Assembly: GCF_009914755.1 (NCBI RefSeq)
Contig: NC_060929.1
Origin: the human T2T-CHM13v2.0 reference genome, Homo sapiens
Length of the DNA stretch: 64,000 bases
Strand: one strand, 5' to 3'
Shown: in pieces, positions 13,731 to 28,755 of the stretch
How the letters are laid out: each line of letters opens with the position of its first letter
Numbering within the stretch: the stretch's first letter is position 1
Position numbers and translations under genes: made by a program
The notes under the pieces: generated by a model
Told to the model about the DNA's origin: nothing
Database searches by the model: none
Seen by the model: only the letters and a program-made list of their open reading frames with translations

Positions 13731-14921
13731 GTTGCTGTAATAGGAATCTACCCAATTAGTCCATAAGCATACTAAGCAACAGCAAATATTCATCATTAGC
13801 CATGATGCTCACAAGTCCATGGGCCCCCAATTCTCCTCAGTTGGAGCCAAAATACCAAGAAGGTCCAGTAGTCTCAAAACCCAGTAATAGGCCTACTCTT
13901 TTAATTTGTTCCAATGTTGTTCTGTGGGAAAACACTGACTCTTATTTACATGATTGATAATTGTTGTATTTTGTTATTATCAGGAAATCTATAAAAGCAT
14001 AAAATCCAAAGTATTTCTCATGAGATCAAGTAACTTATTTACATATTGCTGATACTTTGTTACAATACAATGGCAGCATCCATAGTTTCCAAAATGAAAG
14101 AACGACATAGAGAAGGAGGAGGAGGAAGAGTAAGCAAGTGAAAAGAAGGGAAAGGGAAAGATGGCTAAACCCAACAACAATCAAAAACAAAAGTGTGCTA
14201 ATTCCTACAACTTTACCTAACAGAATATGATACCCACACAATAATTTCATCCTTAAAGCTCTTTTGACAAGAAAACAATAATACTTAATGAACAATTACA
14301 AGAACAAGAAAATCTGATTTCCAAGAAGAAAGGAATATCGGAACGAACTATAACAATATTGTTGATTTTTTTCCTTTCTACCATGTTCCTTTCAGTGTAA
14401 ATTCTAAAGTATAAATCTATATGAGGAATAGCTACATGTTTTAATTAATGATAAAGTCACTATATTTATTTCATGTCTCAAATTACAAAATACTACAAAA
14501 AACCTGTTTCTTCTATAAAAAGAAATTAGATTTCTAAATGAAAATATACCTCCCACACTTGACTATTCATGAAGTCATAGCCAGAATAACAGATTTAGCC
14601 AGGAATAGTAAATGTCAAACTTACATTCTCCTCTGCCAATAAAGTTATAGTCTTTTGAATAAAAGTGACATACAACATATTATATTCTTTCTTAAGAAAC
14701 AAAAACTACTGGTCCTTGCTTTGAGTTTCTTAATAGAGCTTAACCACTTTCTTTTACTTCTTCACAGAGCAACAGAGCAAGACTCTAGCTATGCCAAATA
14801 CTCTATCAGTTTTTATTTTTAAAATGGCATGAGTTTTGGCTAATGGAAGTCTCAAAATAGTGAAAAATGAAACGATTCAATATCAGTGATGTAGATATAT
14901 GTTCATTATATTCCAACTTAC

Positions 14922-15062
14922 CCAGTACACTGACAAAAGCATCAAAAAGATGAAATGTAAGTAGAGGCTCTTTCAAGTGACCATAGTAATCAGCTATGGT
15001 TTTAAAGACATCTTTTTCAAATCCCAAGTACATAGGCTGCTTCAAATCAGAACAGTTGGGCC
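14922..15062 (-). CDS. DEPDC1B: DEPDC1B coding exon 7 (RhoGAP-like region), 141 bp
   Basis: aaatag|GG CCC AAC: (W)[47 protein letters not shown]|gtaagt. Confidence 0.96.
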
Positions 15063-17512
15063 CTATTTTCAAAAAGAGAGTGAAAGAGAAACATTAATGG
15101 AGTAATTACCTCTAAGTATTATTCTCTGTGAATATGTGTGGCGTGTACAGATATTCAGATATTTGACATATACAGAAAAGTTTTTATGGGGAAAATTGAC
15201 ATTAATTAAATAGGCATTCTACACTGATATTAATTAAATAGGCATTTTACATTTTGCCTACACAAATATGCTTTATGTCTAAATTGAAATCTATTATAAA
15301 ACAATGAAGAAAATCACTGGCTTACTTCCATTTTAAAAGAAACCTTTCTTTAAGAAAAAAACATTCTTCTGAAAGGCATTTTTATTAAATGTAAACAATA
15401 ATTTTCTTTGAAATACTCAACATTATCCTAGTCTTAATAAAGTTGACCGAGATAACAATTAGCTCACATATGTAACAGACAAGTTATAAAGCAATTTTTA
15501 AAGACTTTCATTATTTCATTCTTGTTATATTATAAAATCCTACAGTCATAGAGTTGAGCAAAATAATTTCTGCCTCTATTTCAGACTAATAAATATTTAA
15601 ACTTAAAAAAATCCTTAAAAGGGGATTTTATATTTTGTCTTAATTCACTCTGATTATAAACTCTTTATTTGATCACTGACCAACCATCAAAAGACAGTTT
15701 ATCAAGCAAAGTCATACTGCAAAGTTGAAGCAACCACTGAAACCCTGAAACAGCCTGCTCCCAACCATATCCTACTCCATCAACAAGCAAGGAAAACATC
15801 CACTTGTGTCTGGCCCAAAGAGGAACAAGAAATGTTCTCTACAGAGTTGGCAACAACTGCTCCACCAATCCATCCACAGACCACAGATTTACACTGCCAA
15901 GTTGAGAGATGAACTGGAGCTGCCTGTACCTTGAGGAAAATAGCAAGTCGTCCCATGAGGAACAGTGTAGCCAGCCTTCTCTATTTCCATTACAGCATGG
16001 AAGAAAGGACCACATCCTCATTGCCTAGCTCTGGCTCAGCAGAAGACTAAACAACTGTACCCAAATAGACCTCTACCCCCAGAGGATCAAAAGCAGCAGC
16101 CAAGATAAATTGAAAGGAAATTCTTCCTACAGAATCTCTATAACTAAAGAAAGGGGATCAAGCTAAAAAGGACATTAAAGCATTCTGGGTCTTTACATTT
16201 CAAGGTCACTGTGACATGATCAAATGGCCTTTTCGGCCTCCTTAAAGACTCTCTTACCTTTCAATATTCTGTTCTCTTCTTATAAAATAATTTGATTGGC
16301 TAAAATAATGAAAATTGTGAAATATCTATGTGTGTGGTACAGCATGAATCCAGCAGCAAAGGTAGCTGCCATTTTGCTTGCCTCCTGCTCTGACATATCC
16401 CAAGCTTAATCAATTAAAATAATTAGGTTGATATGTCTCAGCAAGCAATACACATTGCCTAGAATTACTCCCTGTCAGGATAAGTATACGGTTCATTCTA
16501 AGCAGTTGTACCCCTTTGTGAACATCTCATCATCCTTCTTAAAAATATGCAAAAAAATTTTAAAGGTTTCCCTAAAAAAAATCAGTGCATGGTGAGCCCT
16601 ATGAGAGGAAGCCATATTTTTATGACCTTTTCTTTCTCAGTCATCTTGAACTTTAATAATATTTAAAAATTTTTTTTATAAATGTTATTCCTGACAGATT
16701 CTGGAAAAGAAATGCTTTGACTTTTTTGTGTCTATTTTTTATTGAATCCTGGACATGCGCAAAGAAGAAAAACACAGTTAACTTGGTTTTGCATTTATGT
16801 AGCCAGCATTGAGGCTGGCCAACAATGAATGTATACAGGCCCATGTGCACACGGGTGTGACAATAAACACAGATGGGCTGAAGAGAAAGAGGTGAGCAGC
16901 ACCTCCTTCAGAAAAGGAGGCAATAGGCCTTCAAAATACCATACAATCAGCCTATCCTTTCTGTTCCCTTTTAGATGACTGAAACATGAATTGGGACTTA
17001 TTAAGGATAGGATGGACAAGAAACAGGTTGTGACTTTGGTGGACTCAAAGTAGATTCTGAGGGTCAACAGGAATTTCAGAAAACATTGTGACTTATAAAG
17101 CTACTCAAAAGGTTAATCTTGCCCTTTGGCCACCTTTATTTGTTTGACACATAAATAAACATCTTTACAGATATGCCAGCCACTCATAAAGCATAGTACT
17201 TGATACATATGAGACAAGTTCCCTTTTCCCAGCACTTGCCACCTAGTATCATGCCACCTCACACACATGAAGATCATTAGTAATTCACCCCTCACATCTT
17301 TGCTCTCCACTGATAAGAAATTCCAGTTATTCTAAGCTTTCTGCAGAAATTTTTTGGCTTTCGGTGCACATGCTGCTTGAGGGAAAATTATGTTCTTTAC
17401 TACATTTCAGTAATCATTGAAAATTCAACATCATAAACATCTTACTATATATTTTACAACATATTACAGACTAGATTGGTTATACTAGCTTCCTATGTTC
17501 ATTCCTAGCTGA

Positions 17513-17795
<283 letters not shown>

Positions 17796-18981
17796 TGATG
17801 AACTTCTAAAACCTTGATTTGCCAGTTCAGAAATGGGAAGTTTAACTTCTCATTTATACTCTCTATCTCATCATTGTCAACCCTAGACAAGGATGTAATT
17901 TAAATTTCATTGACTTCAAATGCCTGAGCAGGAAGAAAAAAAAGCACTTCCCCAAGCTAAGACCATAGTACTCTGCATCTCAGAGGCTCCAAATTTTAAC
18001 CAAAAACCAATGAAAATGTTAACAGTTAAACTCAGAGAACCTTGGGCTTCACACAAACCAATGGTTACTATTCATATACAGAAGGATAGTATAGAATGAA
18101 TGAATAGCATTCATCTTCAAAAGGCTATTCAAAATCATAGGATCATGTTCCATATACTACTACTAAGATTCCCCACATTAAGCTTAAGAGTTATTTTAGT
18201 TTCATTCTATAATCAAACAAAACTAATTTCAGTTAAACCCATGTTTTAGGGTTTACTAATTCACGAATTTAAAGGGAATTTTCACCTATATCTGTAGTGC
18301 TAGTTCCGTACAAAAGAAATGAAAATGAACTACTACCTTGTGGTATCTGTGAGACTCAAAAGGCACTCCAGACCAAATATCACTATTATCAGTCAGCCAA
18401 AATAACTAGAACTCTTTCCATCAAAATTATTTGTTTGGGTTAAGCCATTAATCATTAGAATCCCTTCTTTGGGTTAACCCTTGTGAAAATTCCCAGAAGA
18501 ATGGTAGTGTTTCTGAGATACTATAACAACTAATGCCTTCACAGTGCCTATGATATTCAATGATATGGAAATCACATGCCTATGAAATGGATTTCATATA
18601 CCTATAAAAATCCTCACAGGGACCACCCTGGTCCAGGCCCTCTCATCTAACATCCAAATTACTGAAACAGTCTTTCTCATTTCTCTACATGGCAGGTTCT
18701 TCTCCTTCCAAACCATCCTTCATCCTGTGATGAAGCAATTAGAACTAGTGTGGATGGATCTACTAGAAAGTAGAAGTACTAAATCCCTTTAAAACTGTTC
18801 TAGAATTCAGTCCTTTCACTAAGTCACAAATTTATCACTAAAAGCACAGTAGTCCCAAAATAATTAACTGCCAGTCTCACAGGTGTCACATCAATGTTCA
18901 GGCCATTGAGCAGAAATTTTTCCTAATTTAGGGCACTAATTTCTGTTAATTTCACAAAACTGGCAGATAATTAGTACTTAC

Positions 18982-19029
18982 AATTTGCCAAACACTTCAT
19001 AGCTGACAGCACCCAATGAGGAAGTTCTT
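18982..19029 (-). CDS. DEPDC1B: DEPDC1B coding exon 6, 48 bp
   Basis: ttccttcag|AA GAA CTT: (K)ELPHWVLSAMKCLAN-T|gtaagt; phase 1-1. Confidence 0.95.
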
Positions 19030-20914
19030 CTGAAGGAAAAAGAAAATTTGTACTCAATTCCATATAACTCAAGACATCATATACATACTTGGTATCATAA
19101 GAATGTATTACTTGCCCAAGTAATATGAACCATATCTGCTAATCACAAATCACCAATTTATGTTATTAGAACATTTAAAAGATGGAAACCTTTCCTTGTC
19201 AGCAGTGTTATAACATGCACTTACATAAATAATGCCTACAGATTTCTCTAAGGACACAATGCACCTTTTTAAAGCTATAGTAAAAAGAAAAAAATGTATA
19301 GTTTGCTCCAAACAAACAAACAAACCAAAAGACAAACCAATTATTTTAAGAATTACAAAAAGAAAAAGAAAAGAAAAAATATTAGTCGTCAAACACATTT
19401 GTGAAACAAGTTCATCAAACACCACCAGCCCCTCAAAAAGGGTAATTCTGTAGGTCCAATATAAGTATCATTTTACATGTTTCCATTTCCAAAATGCTTT
19501 AGGCCAAGAAAGTTCCACTGACATATTAATGTTAGGCTATTAGTATTAGGACAACCTTTAAATAATAGTAACTGAACATTGCTACAAAAAAAATCCCAGC
19601 TGAACCATTTGGTACAGAATCTCTTCCCTCCACGCCCTGCCACAGACATCTGATGAGATGGGCTAGCACTCAGGCTGCCACTTCATCTTCTCTATTTCTG
19701 TAAAACTGCGAAGACACTTGTTGAATTGTGTTAGATCTAATGAACTGGAGTCTTGTAAAATGCTCTCTTCTTTCTTAAGATCTTACTTAATAAAATGAAA
19801 GATGATTGATCATCTAACTGATAACTAAAAATATTAATTTGCTACACTCAGAGAATGTGGAAGAATTTTAGATGTATTTCAAAGGCTGCACTCTTCCCTT
19901 CATTCTATGGAACTTAATTTTATATGTTGATATTAACCTCAAAACTCATAAAGTCACCACAAACTTATTTGTCTCTCATTGTCCTCCATTCCTCATATAG
20001 TGACTATAAAAGGAGAAGTGTTTCAGGTCTGAAGACAGGTTCTGCTCCTGTCAGGAAACATGGCATAGAAAAATCTCTTCCCCTCTCACCACTGCTCAGG
20101 CTATTCTGCTACATTCTGTCTGCTTCCCAGGAGCCTCCAGCCCTAAATTTAATCATATTTTTAAAAAGTCAAGAAGTATTATGCCATCTTCCCACATCCA
20201 AAGATCATCAAGTTCCAGCCAATTCCCAGCATCGAGGGTTTGAACTAAAGGAAGAACAAATCAATGAGCCCATCCAAATCTGGTCCTTATCCACAGAAAG
20301 ATTTAAAATCAGTGTGGGGACTGTGGTCCACTATCAGTACCCTAACCACATTTTTACAAACCAAAAACCATGTTAGGTGGCTGTTATATGGTTCTTTTGT
20401 TTGTTTGTTTGTTTGTTTTTTCTGATTTGTAAACTGGTCTAGGGTGGGAAATATAAAAAATCAAAGCAATATCAACATTTCAAAAACTACCTTATTAAAA
20501 AGAACCAAGACTATTCCAGAAAATCTAACACAGAGAAGCCAAAACAAAAACGTGAGAATTCTAAATGCAGTCAGACCCCAGGGCCCACCTGAAAACTGAC
20601 TCTAACTCTTGGTTATGTCTTGAATATTCTCACTTTTCAGAGATTTCCCTGGGAATACGAAACCACTTAATGCCCAAGGTGGCTAACACTGAACTAGCTT
20701 CTGGATGGATTTTGCTGAGGCTCTCATTCCTAGATACTCATCTTCCTATGACATTCCCTTATTCCAAACAATTTGTTAAAAGGTATTAGAAAGAATATAC
20801 GTAATGAAGGAACAAACTTATTCAGGGTTTAGGGAAGGGTCAGATAGGAGCTGATGGACCTGTGCAGCCAATATATTATGTCAATAAGTAACAAAATTAT
20901 ATTTATGCACTTAC

Positions 20915-21045
20915 TTGACTTGTCATCAAGAATAACAACTCCCTGCTTGCTAACACTATATACATTATGGATGATGAACTTCGAATTGACAAGTTTGACG
21001 TCTAAAACTTCTTCTAAGGAATCCAGGCCAAGAATTTTCTGTAAG
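20915..21045 (-). CDS. DEPDC1B: DEPDC1B coding exon 5, 131 bp
   Basis: ttttag|C TTA CAG: (Y)[44 protein letters not shown]|gtaagt; phase consistent with exon 4. Confidence 0.96.
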
Positions 21046-21661
21046 CTAAAAGATAAGTAATTATATTAATTAGTTCTGTCTTTAATATTATATTTACTCA
21101 AAAACCTGGTACTACAAAAAATCAATCTTTATAATGCTTTATTTTCATGCATTGCACCCAATCTTTGCGGGGCAAAAAGGGTAGAAATGGAGTACAATAA
21201 AACAAATGTAAAAGATATCCTTTTGCTATTAACATTTTGCTTCACAGATTTAGTAACACACCAAATGACAAGAAAGTAATTTTGTAAGTAAAAATACTAC
21301 AACATAAAAACTAACTTATCCAATGATAAGAAACTACTATTAGCATATCTTCATGAGGAACAAAATTTTGCTGTATATGATTGTTAACTTTATACATACA
21401 GTACATCAGTATCTAGGAGACCAAATTTTCTATTATGTGTCTTATTACTCTTAAGAACTTTTAAACTCCTAACTATTATGTAAATAGCAGGAGATAATCC
21501 CCAGAATTCAGTTAAACTATGTTTGCTGATCACAACTGCAAATAATGCAAAGTTGAGATTTTTATACATAATTTCAGAAAATTAAATATGCAGAGAGTGA
21601 AGAAGTAGCAAAATAGGAAACAATATCTCTAAAATTTCTCATTAATATCAAATGTACATAC

Positions 21662-21789
21662 TATGATAATGTCATAGACTTCCATATCTCTTCTACATTG
21701 GCCTCTGTCAGCTGTCTGCGGTGGACAAGACGGCAAGCTGGCACCTCTCCAATTGCAATACTGTGACGCTTGTACCACATCTCAGAATT
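21662..21789 (-). CDS. DEPDC1B: DEPDC1B coding exon 4, 128 bp
   Basis: Pyrimidine tract, then cattag|AAT TCT GAG: [44 protein letters not shown]|gtatgt. Confidence 0.96.
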
Positions 21790-22672
21790 CTAATGGAGGG
21801 GGGATGTAAGAAGGGAGGGAAGGAGAAACGGTAGAAAGACAGTGAATAAATATTTCAATATAAGGTGGTGGGATTTTTATGAGAAATGTCTTTGATTTGG
21901 TTACTTGTAACTTGATTTAAAATAATAATTAGAAATATAAACTAACTTTCTTTACATGGACCTCAGAGAAGTAAAGAGTGATTCTTAAGACTAGGTCATG
22001 TTATAAATGAATATTCATGAATTACAAAAGAGCTATGGCAGTAAGTATGGCATTAACTAGCTAATTTTTCCTGTGGACGTTTCAACTAATCAGTGAAATA
22101 GCAGTGAAATAAAATGTTATCAATTCAAAATTAAGGAATACATATCTAAATTCATACACTGTACAGACTGATTATTGAAAATGGAATTAAAATGTATTAC
22201 TTTTGAGGACTGTCTATTTTTTATAAGCAAATATCAAGTAAGTGCAATGTTCGAAAGTAGCCCCCAAATCTTAGCCATCTGCAAAAGGCTCCACAAGGAC
22301 AGCTGAAGATGGCAAAAGGAACAGAAATTTTTTTGTTGTTTGCTTTTTAGCATTACACCTCAGTCCTGGTGGTCTTCTACTGGGGGTATTTTAAGGAAAA
22401 AATGTGAAAAAAAGAGGCAGTCAATTCTACAATGAGCTTCGGTTTTCTAAGACTAGAAGAATCTACCTTTGTTTATATATTTGGTCAGGGGCTAGTACAC
22501 AATATTCCACATCCTAACCTTCTTACCCTCAACTGGCAATAATAACAGTTTAGGAGGAAGAGACAAAGAGGAAGAAGAGTAGTAAGTTATAGAATGTACA
22601 GGAAAAGGGGATTACAAGAGAGTTTTAACAGAAACCTGCTCAGTCTGAACACATAAAAACAGCTGCCATATA

Positions 22673-23380
22673 CAATTGACTCTTTGTATTTATGGGTTCT
22701 GCATCTATGGATTCAACCAACCACAGATTGAAAATATTCAGAAGAAAAAAATGGATGGTTGCATCTGTACTGAACATGTAGCATTTTCTTCTTCTTGTTA
22801 TTCCCTGAACGAGGTGTCCTCAACCCACAGGCCACAGACTGGTATCAGTCCATAGCCTATAAGGAACCAGGCTGCACAGGAGGAGGTAAGCGTTGGGCAA
22901 GTGAGTGAAGCTTCATCTGTATTTACAGCAGCTCCCTGTTGTTCACATACTGCCTGAGTTCTACCTCCTGTCAGATCGGCCGCATTAGATTCTCATAGGA
23001 GCGTGAACCCTTTTGTGAACTGTGCATCTGGGGGATCTAAGTTGTGTGCTCCTTATGAGAATCTAATGCCTGATGATCTGTCATTGTCTCCCATCATCCC
23101 CAGATGGGACCATCTAGTTACAGGAAAACAAGCTCAGGGCTCCCACTGATTCTATATTATGGTGAGTAGCATAATTATCTCATTATATATTAAAATGTAA
23201 TAATAATATAAATAAAATGCACAATAAATGTAATGCACTTGAATCATCCCGAAACCACCCCCACCCCCACCCCAGCAGCCCTGGTCCATGGAGAAATTGT
23301 CTTCCATGAAACCCATCGCTGGTGCCAAAAAGGTTGGGGACTGCTGCCCTAAACAATACAGTACAACAACTATTTACATG
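22673..23380. mobile_element. MER2 (Tigger-derived) fragment interrupted by MER1A (22811-23346)
   Basis: MER2-like ggattcaaccaaccacagattgaaaata; MER1A termini with 8-bp hAT-type TSD CCCTGAAC/CCCTAAAC. Confidence 0.82.
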
Positions 23381-23567
23381 CAAGAGTGAAAAACTGCAAG
23401 AGTCATTCTTTCCTTGTTACTGGTCTCCCAGCTGTTGGCAGGTACAATTTTGTTTTAAAGTACCTTTAAATTATTGTTCATAAAGGACCACAGAAAGACC
23501 AAGCCTAGGAGTTCATGGATGATTCTCCCTGCTGCCAGCCCTTCCATCTTTCAGTCATGGCACTTAC

Positions 23568-23703
23568 CATCACAACTGGCCTCACTGGGATGTTCTCTTG
23601 TGAAGTGCCTGGTGGGAGATCATTCCATTCTGGAAATTTAATAACATCCTTTTGGTTTGGGGGCTTCTTTGGATATGGTTTCAGGGGTGAAGAAGGAGGA
23701 AAT
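23568..23703 (-). CDS. DEPDC1B: DEPDC1B coding exon 3, 136 bp
   Basis: ttttag|A TTT CCT CCT...(R)[45 protein letters not shown]|gtaagt; completes the split Arg codon of exon 2. Confidence 0.97.
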
Positions 23704-24223
23704 CTAAAACCCAAGAAGAAATTCTCTATTACTGCAGTCAGTGGGAGACACAGATATTTTAACAATAGTCTCCACTTTGGTGTATCTGAAAATTTATACA
23801 ATAATTTGTACAATATTTATACAATAATTACATAAATTTTAATTTTTTAAACTGCTCTATACCATACCTGATAAAGAAAAGAAAGGTGATTGAATACATA
23901 TTTTTTATCAGATAATATTTTTCTGCAGTCTTGTTAGAAAAGGATACAATGCATTACATTGCACTGCAAAAGCAATGTAAGAACTCTAGTTCTTAATGTT
24001 GACATAAAAGGCAGCGGGTTGTTGACTTTTATTTTGACTTTTTATTTACTTAAGCCAAAAAAACAGCTTAAAAATCTTACCCATGTTATCCACAGAAAAA
24101 AATCATACAAATAACTAAAGACCTTATCTCAAAGCAAATGCAGAAATAAAGAATTATAAAATGTCTATAGTGTTCAAGGGAAGTTTATATGAAGGTGAAT
24201 CTGGAGACTCACCAACGAGAGTA

Positions 24224-24755
24224 CTGAAGGAAACAGAATGTGTCACCTCAAAACATTCCTCTTTGACATAATTTTTTGGGGCTAAAGGCCATTTGAAGCA
24301 AATATGGAAAAGTGCTTTGTCTTTCCTCTGTTTGCCTAAGAGCAGAGTATTATTAATATAAATACAAAAAGTCTATCTTTCCCTCTTTCCTGCCTCAAAA
24401 CAGTAGGTAAATTCTCCTTTACAACCTTTATCAGCTTAGAGACTACACCAGAGGCATCTAAGCAGACTTCATTAGTTTCCCCATAAATTTACCTTCCCAC
24501 ACCTTCCTGCCTTTGGAAGCCTTAAACTGCTTTCATGTGTCCTGACGCTTCTCTAAAATTTATTGCTCTTTGTTGAAGACCATATAAGCTGGGACTCTAA
24601 GGCACTGCATCTAGTTATTTTTCTCCCACGGGATGTGCACTGCACACATTAACAAACTTGCTTGTTTTTCTCTTGTTAATCTGTCTTTTCTTGCAGGAAT
24701 ATGTCCCAAGTATGAACTTCTGAAGGTTGAGGAAAACTATGATTTCTCATCTTCA
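24224..24755 (+). mobile_element. ERV1 solo LTR (MER34-like)
   Basis: 5' end tgaaggaaacagaatgtgtcacctcaaaa and 3' aaacttgcttgtttttctcttgttaatctgtc resemble MER34-family LTRs. Confidence 0.55.
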
Positions 24756-25665
24756 AATAGAGAAACATTTCAAAAACAGTCGCAATAGATTTGAAAAGGA
24801 ATGACAAGTGGAGAAAAGTTGCATTTCATCTTTTCTGAAAAGAATATCCAATAACTATTTTAAACATCAGTTTTGGGTCAGTTAAAAAAAGAGAGTTCTG
24901 GAAATCAGTAAATTAAGTTAAAGATAGTTTAAAGTTTGGTAATCAAGTTACCAAGGCAGGTGTTCCCAAAAGATTCCAAAATATAAACTAAATGAATCTC
25001 TATAGCCAAAGCATCTTTCTTTATAAATAAAGGGTGGCTTATAAAAGTCCAATTTTATTTCCTACAAGTCAACAATCCCAACAAATGCCCATTTCCAGAC
25101 AAAGTACAGCATTTATGCATATGTATGTGCACATATGCTCACATACAGGTAGGATATTGAATGTAATTGCCGGAGTTCACAGATCACCCACTTCTCAGTT
25201 CATTCAAAACTAAACGCAATCCCTACTCCCATCCCACCACTAATGCCCTCTGTTTATTCTCCCACTTCATTCCCTCGACTATGGCATAAAAATTTTTGGA
25301 CCTGAATTCCAGGCTTTCTCACAAACTCTCTATGTGTCTTTTGGAAAGTATAAGTCTCTCTAAATAATAATTTATTTATTTGTCAAATGAAGGAATTAAA
25401 TTGGATGACCCATAAATTTTCTCCTAAGTTCAAAAAGATGCTTCTTATATTCCCATAACCAGAAAAAAGTAGTATCTTCCAAAGACCAAAACAGAATTTG
25501 TTACATGCAAAACTGTGACTGAAGAAATACCAGGAAATCACCTTTTTCCTCCACACTAAGAAGATGAGATCTTTGCTGTCAGTAATATCTGCAGTTACCA
25601 ATAGAAGGTGTGCTATCTATTTTCACAGCAGTCTGACAACTTTGTCTGAGAAAAAATGCAGAAGA

Positions 25666-25679
25666 GCTCCCTCCAGTGG
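25666..25679 (-). promoter_or_regulatory. Candidate CTCF motif
   Basis: Minus strand CCACTGGAGGGAGC; motif only. Confidence 0.4.
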
Positions 25680-26240
25680 AGTACTTCTATTTCGGGCATT
25701 GAAAGTTAGCAATTTAATCCTAATATTTTAATAATGTAATATTTCACCTGTTAAAGATGATCCAGTTCAAATGCCACATTTTTCACTCAGAGAAATTAAG
25801 GCTCAAAAGAGGAAAGCAACTAATTTAAAAGCCTCACAACTGGCCAAGAGAACAAACCATCTTACACAAAGGATTTGCAAGCCTTTTATTAAGAAAATTA
25901 TAAAATTTTTACACAAAAAAAAGACAGTGTGCCCCCCTAAAAAGAAAGAAAACTATAAAATTTTATTGAAAGACATTAAAGAAGAACTAAATTGATAGCT
26001 ATATTATGCTGGTGAATAAGATTCTTTCTTAAACTCAGGTTCAAGCAATCCTCCTGTCCTTCTGTTTCAGCCTCCCAAGTAGCTGGGATTACAAGTAGTT
26101 GCCACTGTGCGCAGCTTGGTGAATAAGATTCCATATCATACAATGTTAATTTTCCCCCATGAAGATACATAGTTACAAAGAAAATTTAATAAAAATATTA
26201 ATATAAAAATTTTTATGAAACATCATAAACTTATTCCAAA

Positions 26241-26370
26241 CCAGGCACGGTGGCTTACACTTGTAGTCCCAGCTACTCGGGAAGCTGAGATGAGAGGATC
26301 ACTTGAAGCCAGGAGTTCAAGACCAGCCTGGGCAATAAAGCAAGACCCCATCTCTAAAGTAAAAAAATAA
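26241..26370 (+). mobile_element. FLAM/Alu monomer
   Basis: Single-arm Alu with A-rich tail. Confidence 0.8.
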
Positions 26371-26515
26371 GAAACATGATCAACTGATTCTAAAATTTAT
26401 ATGAAAATGCAAAGGCCCAAAAATAAGACATTCTTAAAGAAGAAAAACAAAGTGAGGTGACTTGTCCTATCAGATATCAAGGCTAACATAATACGGCAAT
26501 ACTGATGGCAGAGAC

Positions 26516-26746
26516 CATAGTTCCTCAAGCTCCGCACTGTTGACATTTAGGGCCGGATAGTTCTTTGTTGTGGGGAGCTGTCCTGTGCACTGGGGGATGC
26601 TGCTAAGTGCAAAGCATCCCTGGCCTCTACTCACTGGATGTTAGTAGCACCCTACACACAACACACACACCTGTTGTGACAACAAAACATTTCTCCAGAC
26701 ATTGCCAAATGTCTTCCGCAAAATGGCCCCCAGTTGCGAATCATGG
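26516..26746. mobile_element. MER20 hAT DNA transposon
   Basis: gacatttagggccggatagttctttgttgtggggagctgtcctgtgca...ccagacattgccaaatgtc. Confidence 0.8.
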
Positions 26747-26904
26747 GCCTAAACAAAGACAATTCAAAACAAATACACACTACTCTTTAGAAACATGATT
26801 TATGATAGAGCAGACATTACAGATCAGTGGGAAAGTATGGACTGTTCAATAAATAGTACTGAGCCAACTGGTTATCCATTTGGGAAAAATGAAATTGCAT
26901 CCCG

Positions 26905-28080
<1,176 letters not shown>

Positions 28081-28084
28081 AGGT

Positions 28085-28755
28085 GTGGATTGTGCCAATT
28101 TAAGAATGATGAGGTGGATAAATTTGAAAAGAAGAGCTTTATTTCTCATAAAGGGTTTCAGCCTGTATGCTGGCCATCCCACAGGATGGGAAACAAAGCC
28201 TCCAACAGCAGCTGAGAGCAAGCACTTTGAGGGAGGGGTAAAGGGAACAGGAATTTATGCTGAGTGAGGTAGCCAAATATGCATATTTAATAAGCTAAAG
28301 GAAGAGTCATGAATATTTATGAAAGAAGAAATATGCACATGTGCAATTGCGCTTCATGCACCTTTCATGGGTTGCATGTTCAAAAAATGGTGGCATTAGC
28401 ATGATCTGAAAATGGAGTTTTCAGCCCACTGATGTCAAAAGATGAAGCAGAGGACACAAAACCATCACCGTGTATCCTCCACCAGTCAGCCAAAACCGGT
28501 CTGGAGATGGTGGTCAGTTTTTAGCAAGGGATGTATTGTGAAATTGCAAAAAAAGTAGGAAGAGTCCAGTCACAGCCTCAGATGATTGGCTTAAGATGAT
28601 AAAGCAATGAGTCATCTGTTTCTTGTTCTCCAGAGCTGGTTTCTGTTTATTTCTTAGGAAAGAAATCTGGTTAAAGGTTACTAAGGAAGGGATATATTGA
28701 GGCTTGTCCAACCCCCTATCCCATCATGGCTAGGAAGTCAGTTTATAAGGTTTCT
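28085..28755 (-). mobile_element. ERV1 (MER4-group) LTR fragment
   Basis: Antisense poly(A) signal (tttatt) and MER4-group-like motifs; subfamily not assigned. Confidence 0.45.
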
